Source: Paraphysomonas bandaiensis | Lineage: Eukaryota > Protista > Chrysophyceae | Direction: 5' to 3' | Length of the DNA: 64,000 nt | Assembly: GCA_965644295.1 (NCBI GenBank) | Contig: CBFFRP010000017.1 | Coordinates: forward strand, 1 to 64,000 | In this document: positions 13,196-25,130 of the stretch, in pieces | How positions within the stretch are numbered: position 1 is the stretch's first letter | Layout: every line of letters begins with the position of its first letter | Translations under genes and position numbers: made by a program | Notes under the pieces: generated by a model | Seen by the model: the letters and a program-made list of their open reading frames with translations, nothing else | Told to the model about the DNA's origin: nothing | Database searches by the model: none

Positions 13196-14187
13196 AGGTA
13201 ACCCCAGCACCCCAGCGTATCGCTTATAGAATTTATGGATTTTTATCCGCTTAAAACGTTTTCTCCGTTGTATTATTTCTCGTGTAATATTTCAGCAGTT
13301 AGAAAATGTCTTTATGTGCAGATCTAGTGGATCATATATATTTTACAAATATATTTTGAGTTTTGCTGTTTGAGAGCAATTAAAAGCTGAAAGTGAACGA
13401 TATTTGAATTATGACAGTAAATGGAAGAATACAGAAGTGGATATCTGTTTTATGAGAACTAATGCCATTAGTAATCATAGTAGTGAAACTAAAATATATT
13501 GATCGTATAAGATCGTGATAACCAAGTTTATATGGAAATGATTGGTGCGCAGTTGGTAGTTGGACAACATGAATTTGGCGATTGACAGTGAATGACAATT
13601 GATCTTATTTCTTATTATATGTTACTCTATGTTTCTAACTTTATAATCTATGCATAATAGAGTGAAAGTATTGTTCAGAGGTTCAGACATGTAGTGAATG
13701 TCTTATTGCTTATTTGCAATAGTTAGTATGTCACCTTCATTTTCTAACATGGAGAACGAAGAACGAGCCCCTTTCAGCAGGAGATCTAATTGGACAATGA
13801 CTCCTTTTGTGAGTGCGAACAAGCGCTAGTATATAGAGAAATGCTAAATGTAGCAATTGTGGTTGGCAGCTCTTATACTTCTTTGCGTTACTTTGCCTAT
13901 ATACCTTGCACGAAGATTTGTAGTTAACAATATCGCCAACTGCAACGAGTGAATCCCAGAAGCAATTGAACATAAATTCTATCCAAGGTTTCATGCGGCT
14001 CAATACACAAAAAATCATGAAATAGTCATTTCAATAACAAGAGAAAGAGTAGCTGGTAACATGTGTCAACTAGGGAAGTAACTGCTAATAGCTTGTACAT
14101 AATTGTAAAAAATTAAAAGACTGTTGACTGTCTTAAATCAGTGGAAGAGAGTTAATAGAATTACAACCACAAGACAAGGTGCATCAT

Positions 14188-14450
14188 TTAGAGACCGAGC
14201 TTTGTGCGTCTCCAGTGTCTTCTCTTCGCATTGTACCTGGTTAATACCAATGTATGACACATCTATTTCAACATATTCCCAAAAACACACCTGATGGTAT
14301 TGCCGGTGCGCATTCTGATCCAGTGAGGAACAGGGCGGTTTTGCTTCATCTTGACGCCAAGAGTGCGCTTCGTGCGAAATGTCTTCTGGGATGGCTATGG
14401 AATAAACAAATATTAAGGCATTATTATCACAATTACTCGAACGGTACCAT
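14188..14450 (-). CDS. RPL39: 60S ribosomal protein L39, three exons
   Basis: Spliced product [51 protein letters not shown]. Exon 1 contributes only the ATG; two GT-AG introns. Not present in the ORF track. Confidence 0.97.
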
Positions 14451-14819
14451 TGTACTACTTCACAGCTCTCCACTAACGTTAATGCAATGTTGTCTTGAAT
14501 CGATCACAGACAGACAGCAGATTATTATAGTCACAAAAACTACACTTTACTAACCAAAGGTGCATGAGGTATCTTGAAGGAACACCGTGTTTCAGTTTTC
14601 AATACAAGAAGGCCGACATATATCTGTGGTAAAAAATGCATAAAATGGTACTACAGCAGTATAAGCGTCGTAGTCTGGCGTTGTAGGACAACATGGAACA
14701 AAAAAGTTCATTTGGCGACAAGAGTCACTTAACATCCAGGAGACACACTTGAATACGAATAGCCGTTGCTGCTTGAGGGTGAAACAGGAGTATTCATAAG
14801 GAAGGTGCAACTCGTAAGG

Positions 14820-16612
14820 ATGGATTCTTGTGTTCAATTCTGTCGTGATATTGAGGGTGCGTTCCACACACTCTATCAAGTAGTAGACACTACACTTAGG
14901 CTACAGTTTTACGGTGGCAGGGAGCTATCAATAGTCTGCAATGCCATACTTGGAGCAGTGACAGTAAGAGACCTTGCATTAGATTGTGTTGCCTCATGAA
15001 TTGTAGGTATTAAAATTACAAAGGGATAAGCGATTCTACTGGCTACACAGTCTATTTTTAGTTATCGCTGCGGGGTTCGGCGGTGGTATATGCGCACCTC
15101 TTTTGACAGGTGAGTGATACTGTACCACTTTTCACTATTTAAAATGGGGAATTTAGGACGAACCCCTATAATAATGACGAATGACATAGTAATACCTTGT
15201 TGTATCGGTGCCTGGTATGCTACACATCACCTAGGGTGGGATAAACTCATACTTCAAACTCCGGTGCAAATGGTACGTCCATTACGTATGACCGTAACTA
15301 TATAACTGTCCTTAAGGTATGGCTGTTGTTTGCGATGACTTTCAAAGTGAATGGATTGTGTAATACTATCAACCTGGCAATGAGAGCTCTTCCGCCCAGT
15401 GCTTACTACCCTATTCCTCTGGTATAATGCAATTCTTGCCTACTTGCTGACGTATATCTGAGGGTGATACAGATTGGACCTATTGTAGCAGGTGTTGTTC
15501 AAGGGTCGATGGGAATGCTACTTCCTTTTGACAAAGGGTTATCCCCAATCCAATCAGGAACACCTGTAACTATGCAGAGGGCGCTTATTGGTGCCATATC
15601 TTACCATCTCATAATTAATGATACTCATGGAATACTGGGACGAACGGTGCGAATAATCACTGGTCGTATCGGCGAGACGGATATGAGGTTGCTATTGGTA
15701 ATCTTCTGGTTCTGTATATCTGCTCAACAGGTGCGGCTTTGCATGTGGTCAGTTCAGATATTTATTCATGTCACAGACTCTCTTTGGACCTCATGTCAAC
15801 TTCATGACTCCAGTGTACTCCTTTATTTATAGAATTTTTAAAGTATTCTATCTTTACTGCTTTCTGTGGGCCTATCTCTTATAGCTGCCTTTTACAGATC
15901 AAGTCTACGAATTCCCCCTCTGCTGCATATGTAACTCGGAGTGGTCCGTCTGTATGGCGTATGTTTATCAAAAGGATTCGGACTACAATTGGACCATATC
16001 GTGATCACATTCAGGCTACTGTGATAGTTACCGCAGGTAATCGGTACCTACTTGTGTCCCTGTTATTGTAGAACTAACATTACGTGGGTTTGTATTCTAG
16101 TCTGCGTTTTTGTTCTAGCCCGAGCTCCTCCATCACAGATTACCCAGCGACAGCATATGGCTTTATCTAAACCCCTTGTTGGCTCTTGTGTTGCTGTGTC
16201 TGCAATCCGTGACTGTATTCCTTATTCAATGAAGGCATCTCTGTCTCAGGAAAATGACAGCACGTTAGTCACTCTCCATGTGGAGGAACTGGCCTCTGCT
16301 TTTTTCTGGACTTATCCAGTGCCGACGAGAGAGGTCTGGAGACTGATGATTCCCATATCGTCCTCCAAGCACATGTTAACTGATGGAAGTGATATGGTAT
16401 TACACATTAGTGCTAGGAGTGAGCTACGCATTAGCAGCATTGCGAACGACAAAGTTATGGAATTGTTGTGGGAATCCCGTCCATTCTGTGTCATCAGTGG
16501 CACTGATAACTCATGGAACTCTAATGTTGTGAGTATTTCACTAAATGCATCAACTGGAATTCCATATATAACATGTCACGACAAATCAAAAATGGAATTG
16601 ACACAATTTTAG
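14820..16612 (+). CDS. TRIC/TMEM38-like membrane protein with a C-terminal extension, multi-exon
   Basis: Hydrophobic exons with AGFGGGICAPLLTGRTPIIMTND and IGPIVAGVVQGSMG glycine motifs typical of TRIC channels. Downstream exons appear to continue to the stop at 16612. Confidence 0.6.
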
Positions 16613-18564
16613 AGTTTGTTGAGTTAGGAGTATGAGTCTACGTTGATAGTTTTTGATTTATTTCATTTCAACATAGGTACAGTCCCTTGTGTTACAAGTA
16701 TTCGAAGTTGTACTAGGGTAGCTGTAAGTTTTTATAAATATTTTGTGTTTGAATGAAACAATCAGTGGATAATAATGTTGTAAGTGGCTTTAACTATGAC
16801 GAAGTTTTATAATTCACCGAAATAATTATATTATGCACAGAGATAATCTGATAGTAGTATCAAAGTTAGACATTATGTGAGAAGTATTAACTTGTTAACA
16901 ACAGAGGGTAAACTTATTCTCAATGCTGAGAATTTCATTTTATTTCAACTACTACTCATTTCTTGTACGATCTTACTTCGTCACTATCACTTGCATCGTC
17001 ACTATATTCCGTTTCAATATTATAGACTATAGACCCTTATCGCCATTATTTATTCTCGTAGTACGATTAACTACAACATTATACTACTCGCAACTGTTAT
17101 AATTTGAATACCTTTTATTATAACTTATAACTACAGCTTTCAATAATTACTGTCATATAGCAGAACTCAACAAATACAATGTTTGTATTATAAAAATCGA
17201 GCCGCTCAAGTACATGTGGCTTATTAGAGTTTAGAATGACTTGGTGGCTTATTTTAAGCGGTATACGTACCTTTAAGTGAAAATGGAAGAAATATGATAA
17301 TGAAATTGTACACCTTTCAAGTAAAGTAGCTTAGTTCATTATAAATAACAATTAAATTGTCACGACTTTTTTGCCAGTTTCTCGTTCTTGCCACGAAAGC
17401 TCTACAAAGCAACAACAGCCTCATGAACTACATATTTTGAGAAAAACAAGCATGTACCGACGCCCCCTAAAACGCCTATTCTCGTGTTGCACCGTATTCT
17501 TTCTCTTCACCCTTCGTTTTGACTTGAGATCATCTATCGTAAAAAGCTGGTATGTATGATAAAAGTAACATACATAGAAGATAAGGGGTTATACTTTAGA
17601 TGATGATGCCTTCGCTGAACATCTCGATGATGACTTCAATCTCTCCTTCGGATGTCCACTCGCTTAGTCGCATGATCTTTTTTCCCTCGGTGGGGATACG
17701 GTCGCACTTTTTGGTAGTCGATTTGCGTTGTTTGTCGGTTGTCATGGAATTGCTTGGGTGGATTTCTTTTTATATCAGTTTTGCAAAGTATATGTATAAT
17801 CATTTTTTTTAAATTGCCTGATTCACATCAAAAAAGTATAATTGATGCCCGCGGGAAAATTTGGTTTGCATCAAAATAAATAATATTATAATGATTGGCT
17901 GAGAATAAATGTGTCATTGTACTAAATTATACTTTTGAGACCTGGCTGGTGCGGAGAATTACCCGTATAGTTACTATATTCTAAAATGTGTGTATAGTTA
18001 CTTTTGATATCCCCTTAAAACGAGCTACATGTTTATACAAACTGCATACCCCCGCTAAATTAAAATCCCCCAAAGCTCTACAGGGATTTCTATAAGAAAA
18101 AAAATGAACATTCGTCAATGTAAAAGCAGCGATATCTTCCCAAATAGGCATCAGACAGAAAACTCAATTAATGATTAATGTAGAGAATCTTAGTCTTGAA
18201 AACTGAATCATAAAGAGCTTTCGTTCTGACGAGTAAAAGACTACCGATTACTTAATTATAAAGTACGGATAAACTCTACCTATTTTTAACTGTGGACGTT
18301 TTCAGGTTTTGACACTTTTAATAAAATTTTCCCCGATTTTTATCTGGAATAGCTCATTAGAAAGCCCTAAAAAAACTACACATTTCCTATTATTAGATGT
18401 ATTTTCCCCACGCACACAGTGTATATAGAGTAGCTTCCCCAATATGGGACACACAGCAGTGTTATGTGCTGCTCTGTATACCGGTATACGCATGCATACA
18501 TAGATATGAACTGATCTCATAATCATCTGCTGTATATTAACACTCTATCAGCTTCATATAAACC

Positions 18565-19740
18565 ATGAATCAGTGTTCATATATGTCGCATATATCTGAT
18601 CTTAATGATGATGTTCTTCGTGTCATCATCTCCATGATCCCACACACGGCTGTCCTTCCAGTGATCATGACTTGTAAGAGATTTCACGATATAGTATACA
18701 CTGATAAGAGAAGAGTACAGTCACATGCATCTCACTACTGTATGACCAACTCAATGGTCTCATGGGCTCTGGCTATGGGCTGCCCACACATCAAACTAAT
18801 GAATACATGTGCACTATACGGCAGACTACAGCAGGTGATACACATATACACACATTCAGACCCTCCGTACTCATGGAGTAAATATACTTGCTATGCTGCT
18901 GCAGAGGGAGGACACTTGGATGTTCTGAGATGGCTTCGTTCACATGACCCTCCATGTCCATGGGATGAATGGATATGCGTAGCTGCTGCAAGAAATGGAC
19001 ACTTGGATGTTCTGAAGTGGCTTCGTTCACACGACCCTCCATGTCCATGGAATTCACAGACTTGCATTGTTGCTGCAAGAGGTGGACACTTGGATGTTCT
19101 GAAGTGGCTTCGTTCACACGACCCTCCATGTCCATGGAATTCACAGACTTGCGACACTGCTGCAAGAGATGGACACTTGAATGTTCTGAAATGGCTTCGT
19201 TCACAGGACCCTCCATGTCCATGGGGTGGACATACTTGCAGTGTTGCTGCAATGGGTGGACACTTGAATGTTCTGAAATGGCTTCGTTCACAGGACCCTC
19301 CATGTCCATGGGGTGAACATACTTGCAGTGTTACTGCAAAGGGTGGACACTTGAATGTTCTGAAATGGCTACGTTCACAGGACCCTCCATGTCCATGGGG
19401 TGAACATACGTGCATTGATGCTACAGAGGGTGGACACTTGGATATTCTGAAATGGCTACGTTCACAGGACCCTCCATGTCCATGGGGTGAAGATACTTGT
19501 GTTGTTGCTGCAAGATGTGGACACTTGGATGTTCTGATGTGGCTACGTTCACAGGACCCTCCATGTCCATGGGGTGAACATACTTGCAGTGCTGCTGCAG
19601 AGGGTGGACACTTGGATATTCTAAAGTGGCTACGTTCACAGGACCCTCCATGTCCATGGATTGGATGGGCTTGCTGTGATGCTGCTGCTAGGCGTGGACA
19701 CTTGTATGTTCTGGAGTGGCTTCGTTCACAGGACCCTTAA
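18565..19740 (+). CDS. Intronless F-box plus ankyrin-like repeat protein
   Basis: N-terminal F-box-like ISDLNDDVLRVIISMI..VIMTCKRFHDI, followed by ten ~29-aa repeats with core AAxxGHLxVLKWLRSQDPPCPW. Confidence 0.88.
   Translation: MNQCSYMSHISDLNDDVLRVIISMIPHTAVLPVIMTCKRFHDIVYTDKRRVQSHASHYCMTNSMVSWALAMGCPHIKLMNTCALYGRLQQVIHIYTHSDPPYSWSKYTCYAAAEGGHLDVLRWLRSHDPPCPWDEWICVAAARNGHLDVLKWLRSHDPPCPWNSQTCIVAARGGHLDVLKWLRSHDPPCPWNSQTCDTAARDGHLNVLKWLRSQDPPCPWGGHTCSVAAMGGHLNVLKWLRSQDPPCPWGEHTCSVTAKGGHLNVLKWLRSQDPPCPWGEHTCIDATEGGHLDILKWLRSQDPPCPWGEDTCVVAARCGHLDVLMWLRSQDPPCPWGEHTCSAAAEGGHLDILKWLRSQDPPCPWIGWACCDAAARRGHLYVLEWLRSQDP
18870..19737 (+). repeat. 87-bp coding tandem repeat, ~10 units
   Basis: Near-identical units ggacacttg(g/a)atgttctgaa(a/g)tggct(t/a)cgttcaca(g/c)gaccctccatgtccatgg with variable spacers. 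Confidence 0.95.
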
Positions 19741-19924
19741 TGTCCAACATGCAATTTTGGTTACTGGTAATCGGTTAACAGCTCTATATTTTGAATTGTA
19801 TGTCTGTGATTTAACTAATGAAGTAATACTATCTTATTGTGGTAGTTGTGACAATATAGACTGTAGTTTTTGTGGATGACAATAATGAGAATGATGTGAA
19901 AAGTTTATTACATCTCCATTTTGC

Positions 19925-20205
19925 CTAATTGGGTTCAACAGAGCGCTCATTGCAGCCCTGATAAATTATAAACACTCAACTTCAATATCCGGTTTAAAAT
20001 TACTACCTTCTATCTTAATAATAATATTGACAGTCATTATTATTTTGTTACACAGTCTCAGGAGAACCACATTGATGGGTCATTTTTCAATAGTAGATCG
20101 TCAAACATTCAAAGTCATATTCTATCACTCGTCTGATGTATATTAGTAGATCATAGATCAGAATGAGGATGTTAGTACTAATGACCTAGCTATCTTCATA
20201 ACCAT
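19925..20205 (-). repeat. Repeat family B copy
   Basis: aattgggttcaacaga...caacttcaatat...cgtctgatgta...tatcttcataacc is the reverse complement of 12915-13160. Confidence 0.75.
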
Positions 20206-20354
20206 GACTTCGCAACAACTTCAATAAATTCACCAGTCATTAACCTATATCTTATATAGTCACACATCAATAACTGAATTTACTTCCTTCGTACATAAAA
20301 CTGAAAAACAACTAACTACACTATATATTTACCCGTTATAACTATGGGTTGATT

Positions 20355-20872
20355 CCCTCAACAAAGTCGGACTCGCACCTTTTCGTGTAGTGTTCTGGGG
20401 GATAAGTACCGGAAAGATTCTCTTTGGAAAACTAACGTGAGCCGCAAACATAGTCAGCAGATATTGTTCTGCCCACTCATAGCCGAATGCTTGTGTGACA
20501 CAAGGGACACCAATAAGTATCACTTTTGTAGACGTCTTTGGGTCCTGACGAATAAACAGGCATCCGGAAATGGGCCCACCACAAGGGCATCCGGGACAGG
20601 GCCCACCTGAAGGGTAACCGGGGTATTGGGCTGCCAGCTGAAGTCAAGCATCCGGGATGTTCACCTTAAGGACTCAGAACGGAAGTGGTTGCACCTTGGT
20701 GCTTGCGGCGACGCACAAGCAGCTTTCGTAGCGTTAAATAGTAGGATAATAGAGTTTGTACTGATTAGTTACGGGTAGAGGTCTAACTAGGTTGACTCTA
20801 GCGCATTCATCTAGCTACTGAATTGGTGCAGGCTTTTAACGCCTATTGCTAAATAAAAGACTTTCAATATAT
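20355..20872 (+). mobile_element. SINE-like non-autonomous retroposon (~520 bp), full length
   Basis: 14-bp TSD actatgggttgatt at 20341-20354 and 20873-20886. Colinear with 37965-38473. The 3' ~195 nt are shared with the LINE; no ORF. Confidence 0.92.
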
Positions 20873-23669
20873 ACTATGGGTTGATTTCACCTTTAGTGCA
20901 TACTATTAACTCACTTTAATTGCAGAATACGTATCACATCATACTGCAGAATTCAACACTATCAGGGGTTAAGCGTGATGTACATCAATGTGATGATTGT
21001 GCTAACATCAAGAAGCCTCATGAGAACGAATGTCAATACCTCCGTATCATTCAGTTGTAACTATATATATTATTGAAATGCGGGGGTTTATTGTTTTGAG
21101 TTATTCTCCTATGGCCATTCCCTTATGTAGGACTATCCACATATACAGGACATATACATGTATATACACTCTGTACAGGTGGATAGTCCTACACTTACAT
21201 CATGTAGATACCATTAAAGCAACATTCTTGATTGTTTTCTTATTAATGTGTCAATTTGTTGCTGCATCACTGCATGATGACGTGTGCATGTGAGGGCTGT
21301 CTTGTATAGAAATCGTGATGGTTGTTCGACTGTTACAGCCAGCAGAGTTCGAAATGCTTGTCTTGTGAAGTTTATCTAATCATATTTCGTGTTGTCATTG
21401 GTGAGGAGGGAGGGAAAGGATTTTCAGGCCAACGGAGTGTCGCACGGGTATATATATGGAGATCATTATAAGTCGTTTGCAACGTAAGAGTGTGGACTGT
21501 CTAACAGAGTTGCAAATATCATCCACTGCAGTGCCATCAGACATTTCAGATCGCAAGATTATGATTGTTTGTGTAGTGTACCTAATATTGAACGTAGCCC
21601 ACTAGGGTAAGCCTCATAATATCCCTTCCAGTATAATAGTGACAGTACTCCGAGGTGGTGTTCTATTTAGAAACCCACTAAAAGGAGTGGTGGGTAGATC
21701 TAGATGCAGTTGATTCTGCATCTATTATTACTAGCGAATGTGCCAGAAGTTCTATTGATTATCGCTTGTAAGTATTTTTAATTAGCCAACAGAACTTTGC
21801 TGTACATAGATACACATATAGCACTATAGTACGCATATATCATGTATAGTGTAACCGTTACATTCTCACATTTTTGGCCTGTAACTAATATAAAACTTAT
21901 TAAATGTCTTTAAAAACATGTTCTCTTTACACCTGCTGCAGTATTTATTGCAAAAAGCATCAAAAACTCAACATAAATCGACATTTTCAAAATTTCACCA
22001 GGTTTAGAGCGCTTCTCCAGGTTTGTTCATCACATCGACTTTTAGTATCAATCAGGGAACGCCTACTTCCACTAACAGCAAGCAAGCTAAACATAGAAAT
22101 ACATTATCGTGGTTGGTGCATTGAATTTCACTTTTGTCAACATCATGAGGGTAAGTTACAATTTATAGCCTCTAGAGATAAGAAGAACTGTCCCTTGTTT
22201 CAATATATATACATACATATACAGTCTTATAGCCCGTGAGGATACATACAGTCTTCTTATAGCCTGAGGTTCATATAACTTTATTGAGTGACTACAGAGA
22301 GCTCAGTTACTTCAGTTTAACTATTAACTACCTCATACAGTATATTATGCCAATTTCGAATAACACGAACAGATTCAGCTCGATCCATAGCGTATATATT
22401 ACGCTCAATACCCTTCTAGTTGTAAGATATCTATAAGTAGTAGTGTGGCAGTCATTGTCTTACTGATCCTGCCCTACACATTCTGCAGGACGGAAGTGTA
22501 CCACAATCCAACTGGTGTACAGCGGAATGTACAGTATATGGTATGAATGACTTCCACAACTGACACAAACACGAAAAGGCACAAATTGTGTCCCTGTCAT
22601 ATATCCATCTGTGTGAATATATATATATATATATATATACAGATTACAGTTAGCAATTATATGATATTATGGTGGTGGTTTAAAAGGAGAAAACGTCAGA
22701 GGAAGCGGAAGAAGTTGATACTAATAAAAATTCGCATGACTCTCCTATTAAGGATGGTGATATTGATAAAGCACACCCCTTAGCGAGGCCTGAAAAATAA
22801 CTTCTTTACGACAAGCTTGCTTGTGAGTGGGGGGCATGATTGCCGTAGAGAAGGTATACTTTATACATGCGTCTATTGCTGCCATTGCCTTTTAACCAAG
22901 TAACTCGTGGTACTAGACTAGCTTGTATTCATAGATTACAGTATATAACAATCGTGTTCGTACCACTTGTATAAGTCAGATTCGTAATACTTTTTTAGAA
23001 GCGTAGATATATGCGATATAGAATGCAATAACCAGTAGTTGACTGCCCCATTCTGAGCGCGTACTTAGGTAGAGCCGGGTGGGGGTCGGGTGGGTACCTA
23101 ACTAATACTTGATTTAAGTCCCATACGTTATTTGCTAGCTACCTACTGAACCCAACTAGCTACATCATTATCACATGGTATTCAGCGCTGAATATGCAGT
23201 GAGAACCCAGAGTGGGGAACTGCTGAACTAAGCAATGTGTACATAGATAGAGGTGGGCGGTCGCAGCACTCGGCAGCACCCACTGGGGGGCCGCACGCAG
23301 TAATTAGTTACGCTGTCAATATGGGGCAACTTATTATTATAGCTATTACCCTAACCTGCATTCTGGTGTGCTACCATATAGTGTTTGCCCCCGCATATAA
23401 ATGGGAACTGGGAAAACCAAGGTCCTCCGGCTCACAACCCTCTCCATAATGTTACACCGGCGGGGAGTGAATGTCTACACTTACGAAACACACTCGCTGC
23501 ATGTACGTTTACAACTACATTTTGCACAGTTCCACACCCACATCATCGGGAGTGATGCTACTAGAGACCATCCAAACCTGAGCCACAGAAGTCCTCTTTA
23601 CTAACAGACATAGAGCGCTCCTACAGATCCCGCAAGGGATCGAGAGTGTCTACCACCGCCCTCGCAAAC

Positions 23670-24120
23670 AAAAGTCGTCCAATAAAATGGGTCCTAGTCG
23701 CACCATTTTGTGGTGTTCTGAGGGATAAGTACCGGAGAGATCTCTTCGGGAAACTTTAACGTGAACCGCAAACATATAGCCAGCAGATATAGTGTTCTGC
23801 CCACTCATAGCCAAATGCTTGTGTGATAGAAAAAGAACACTAATATATATAGGTGTCACTTGTGTAGACGTCGTTGAGTCTTGACGAATAAACAGGCGAC
23901 CTGTTGAGAAGTCAAAAGCCAAGCATCCGGGCTGTTCACCTTGAGAACTCAAAACTTCTGAAGTTAGCAGATGTTAGGTATATCAACATTCTGCTTGCTT
24001 TGAGTGATAAAGTGGTAATGCACATGCAGCTTTTGTAGTGCTAAATATAGTAGGATATCAGAGTTAAGCATTAGTTAGTTTAAAATGGCAGATGAGCCTA
24101 CTAAATTTTCAGACCTTCCT
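23670..24120 (+). mobile_element. Old, internally deleted relative of the SINE-like element
   Basis: tcgcacc...gataagtaccggagagat...gttctgcccactcatagcc...gcatccgggctgttcacc matches 20373-20667. The 3' module is degenerate. Confidence 0.8.
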
Positions 24121-25130
24121 AATAATTAAAGTGGTTACTGCGGTGATATAGTCTATATGCACTCTTTGTGGGAATCCTCAATTGGAATTTAGACGCCAAT
24201 CAAGATATTTGGTGGATGTGGTGGTGGTATGTGGATGGGAATAGGTTGTGGGTTCCAGATCTAGTCGCGAACAATGATGGTGGTGGGGTTATAGGCAAAA
24301 TTTTTATTGATTCCACAAACTTTCAATACGGCTCAACTGCCATTTTTACTTTATAGAAGAAAAAACAGCAAAACATTTTAGTAGGTTAAAAATGGAACCG
24401 TCCTTCCGCTACAATCTCAATATATCCTATCACTGACCTTCAATTCATTTTTAGCATCAGCTCAGTCGGCATGTCTTATACTAAAAACTAAAGCTATATC
24501 CGCAGAATCGACTATAAATAGTCTATTGACTATTTGTCATTTCCACAATTAAGATGTTAAGAGAAGTTTATTGTAATTAAACTAGATAGACTCTTGTATT
24601 ATATTCCCCCGTTTTTTTTGTATATAGTATCTTAGAGATATATATATATACTACTACGTATATTGTTTTTCCACATTGTATTTAACGTATTCTACAGTAC
24701 TATCGTAGAGAAACATATGTATTCCAAATTAGTCCTGATATAATATAAGTTATAAGAGATGAGTCATGAGTTTAAACACTGCCAGATCCGAATACTTTTT
24801 TGTACATGAGTTGATTCTTCTGTGCTGTTGAACGTATGCATGTAATATGAATACAAAGATTCGAACATGCGCTTTTTGGGCCATTTTGCAAACATGCATT
24901 TTGTCTAGCAAATAGTTCTACTCATCTATTCCTTACGATTTTACATTGACATTGAAGAACGCAGAAAACATGAAGTGTATACCTCTGTTACTTATTTCTA
25001 TTCAATAGCACAAACGGCATTCTCACGGTGATAACATATCATCGCCGGTTAAAACGACGAAACAATTGCAGTAGGCAATTGGAAATGATGAATATGTGGT
25101 GCGTACGAAAACTCGATACATAACGGTATG

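Noticed and set aside
18791-19657. Antisense and alternate-frame repeat ORFs over the ankyrin gene
   Set aside because: Shadows of an 87-bp repeat that lacks stops in several frames.
18870-19737. CRISPR-like array
   Set aside because: The repeats are in-frame coding units of a eukaryotic gene with homologous spacers, and no cas genes are present.
20540-20580. Hammerhead ribozyme (CTGACGA...GAAA) in the SINE
   Set aside because: No stem II can form between the motifs, and the second copy has GAAT instead of GAAA.
22144-22800. Possible small multi-exon gene on the plus strand
   Set aside because: Splice-like sites are present, but no consistent open frame or homology could be built.
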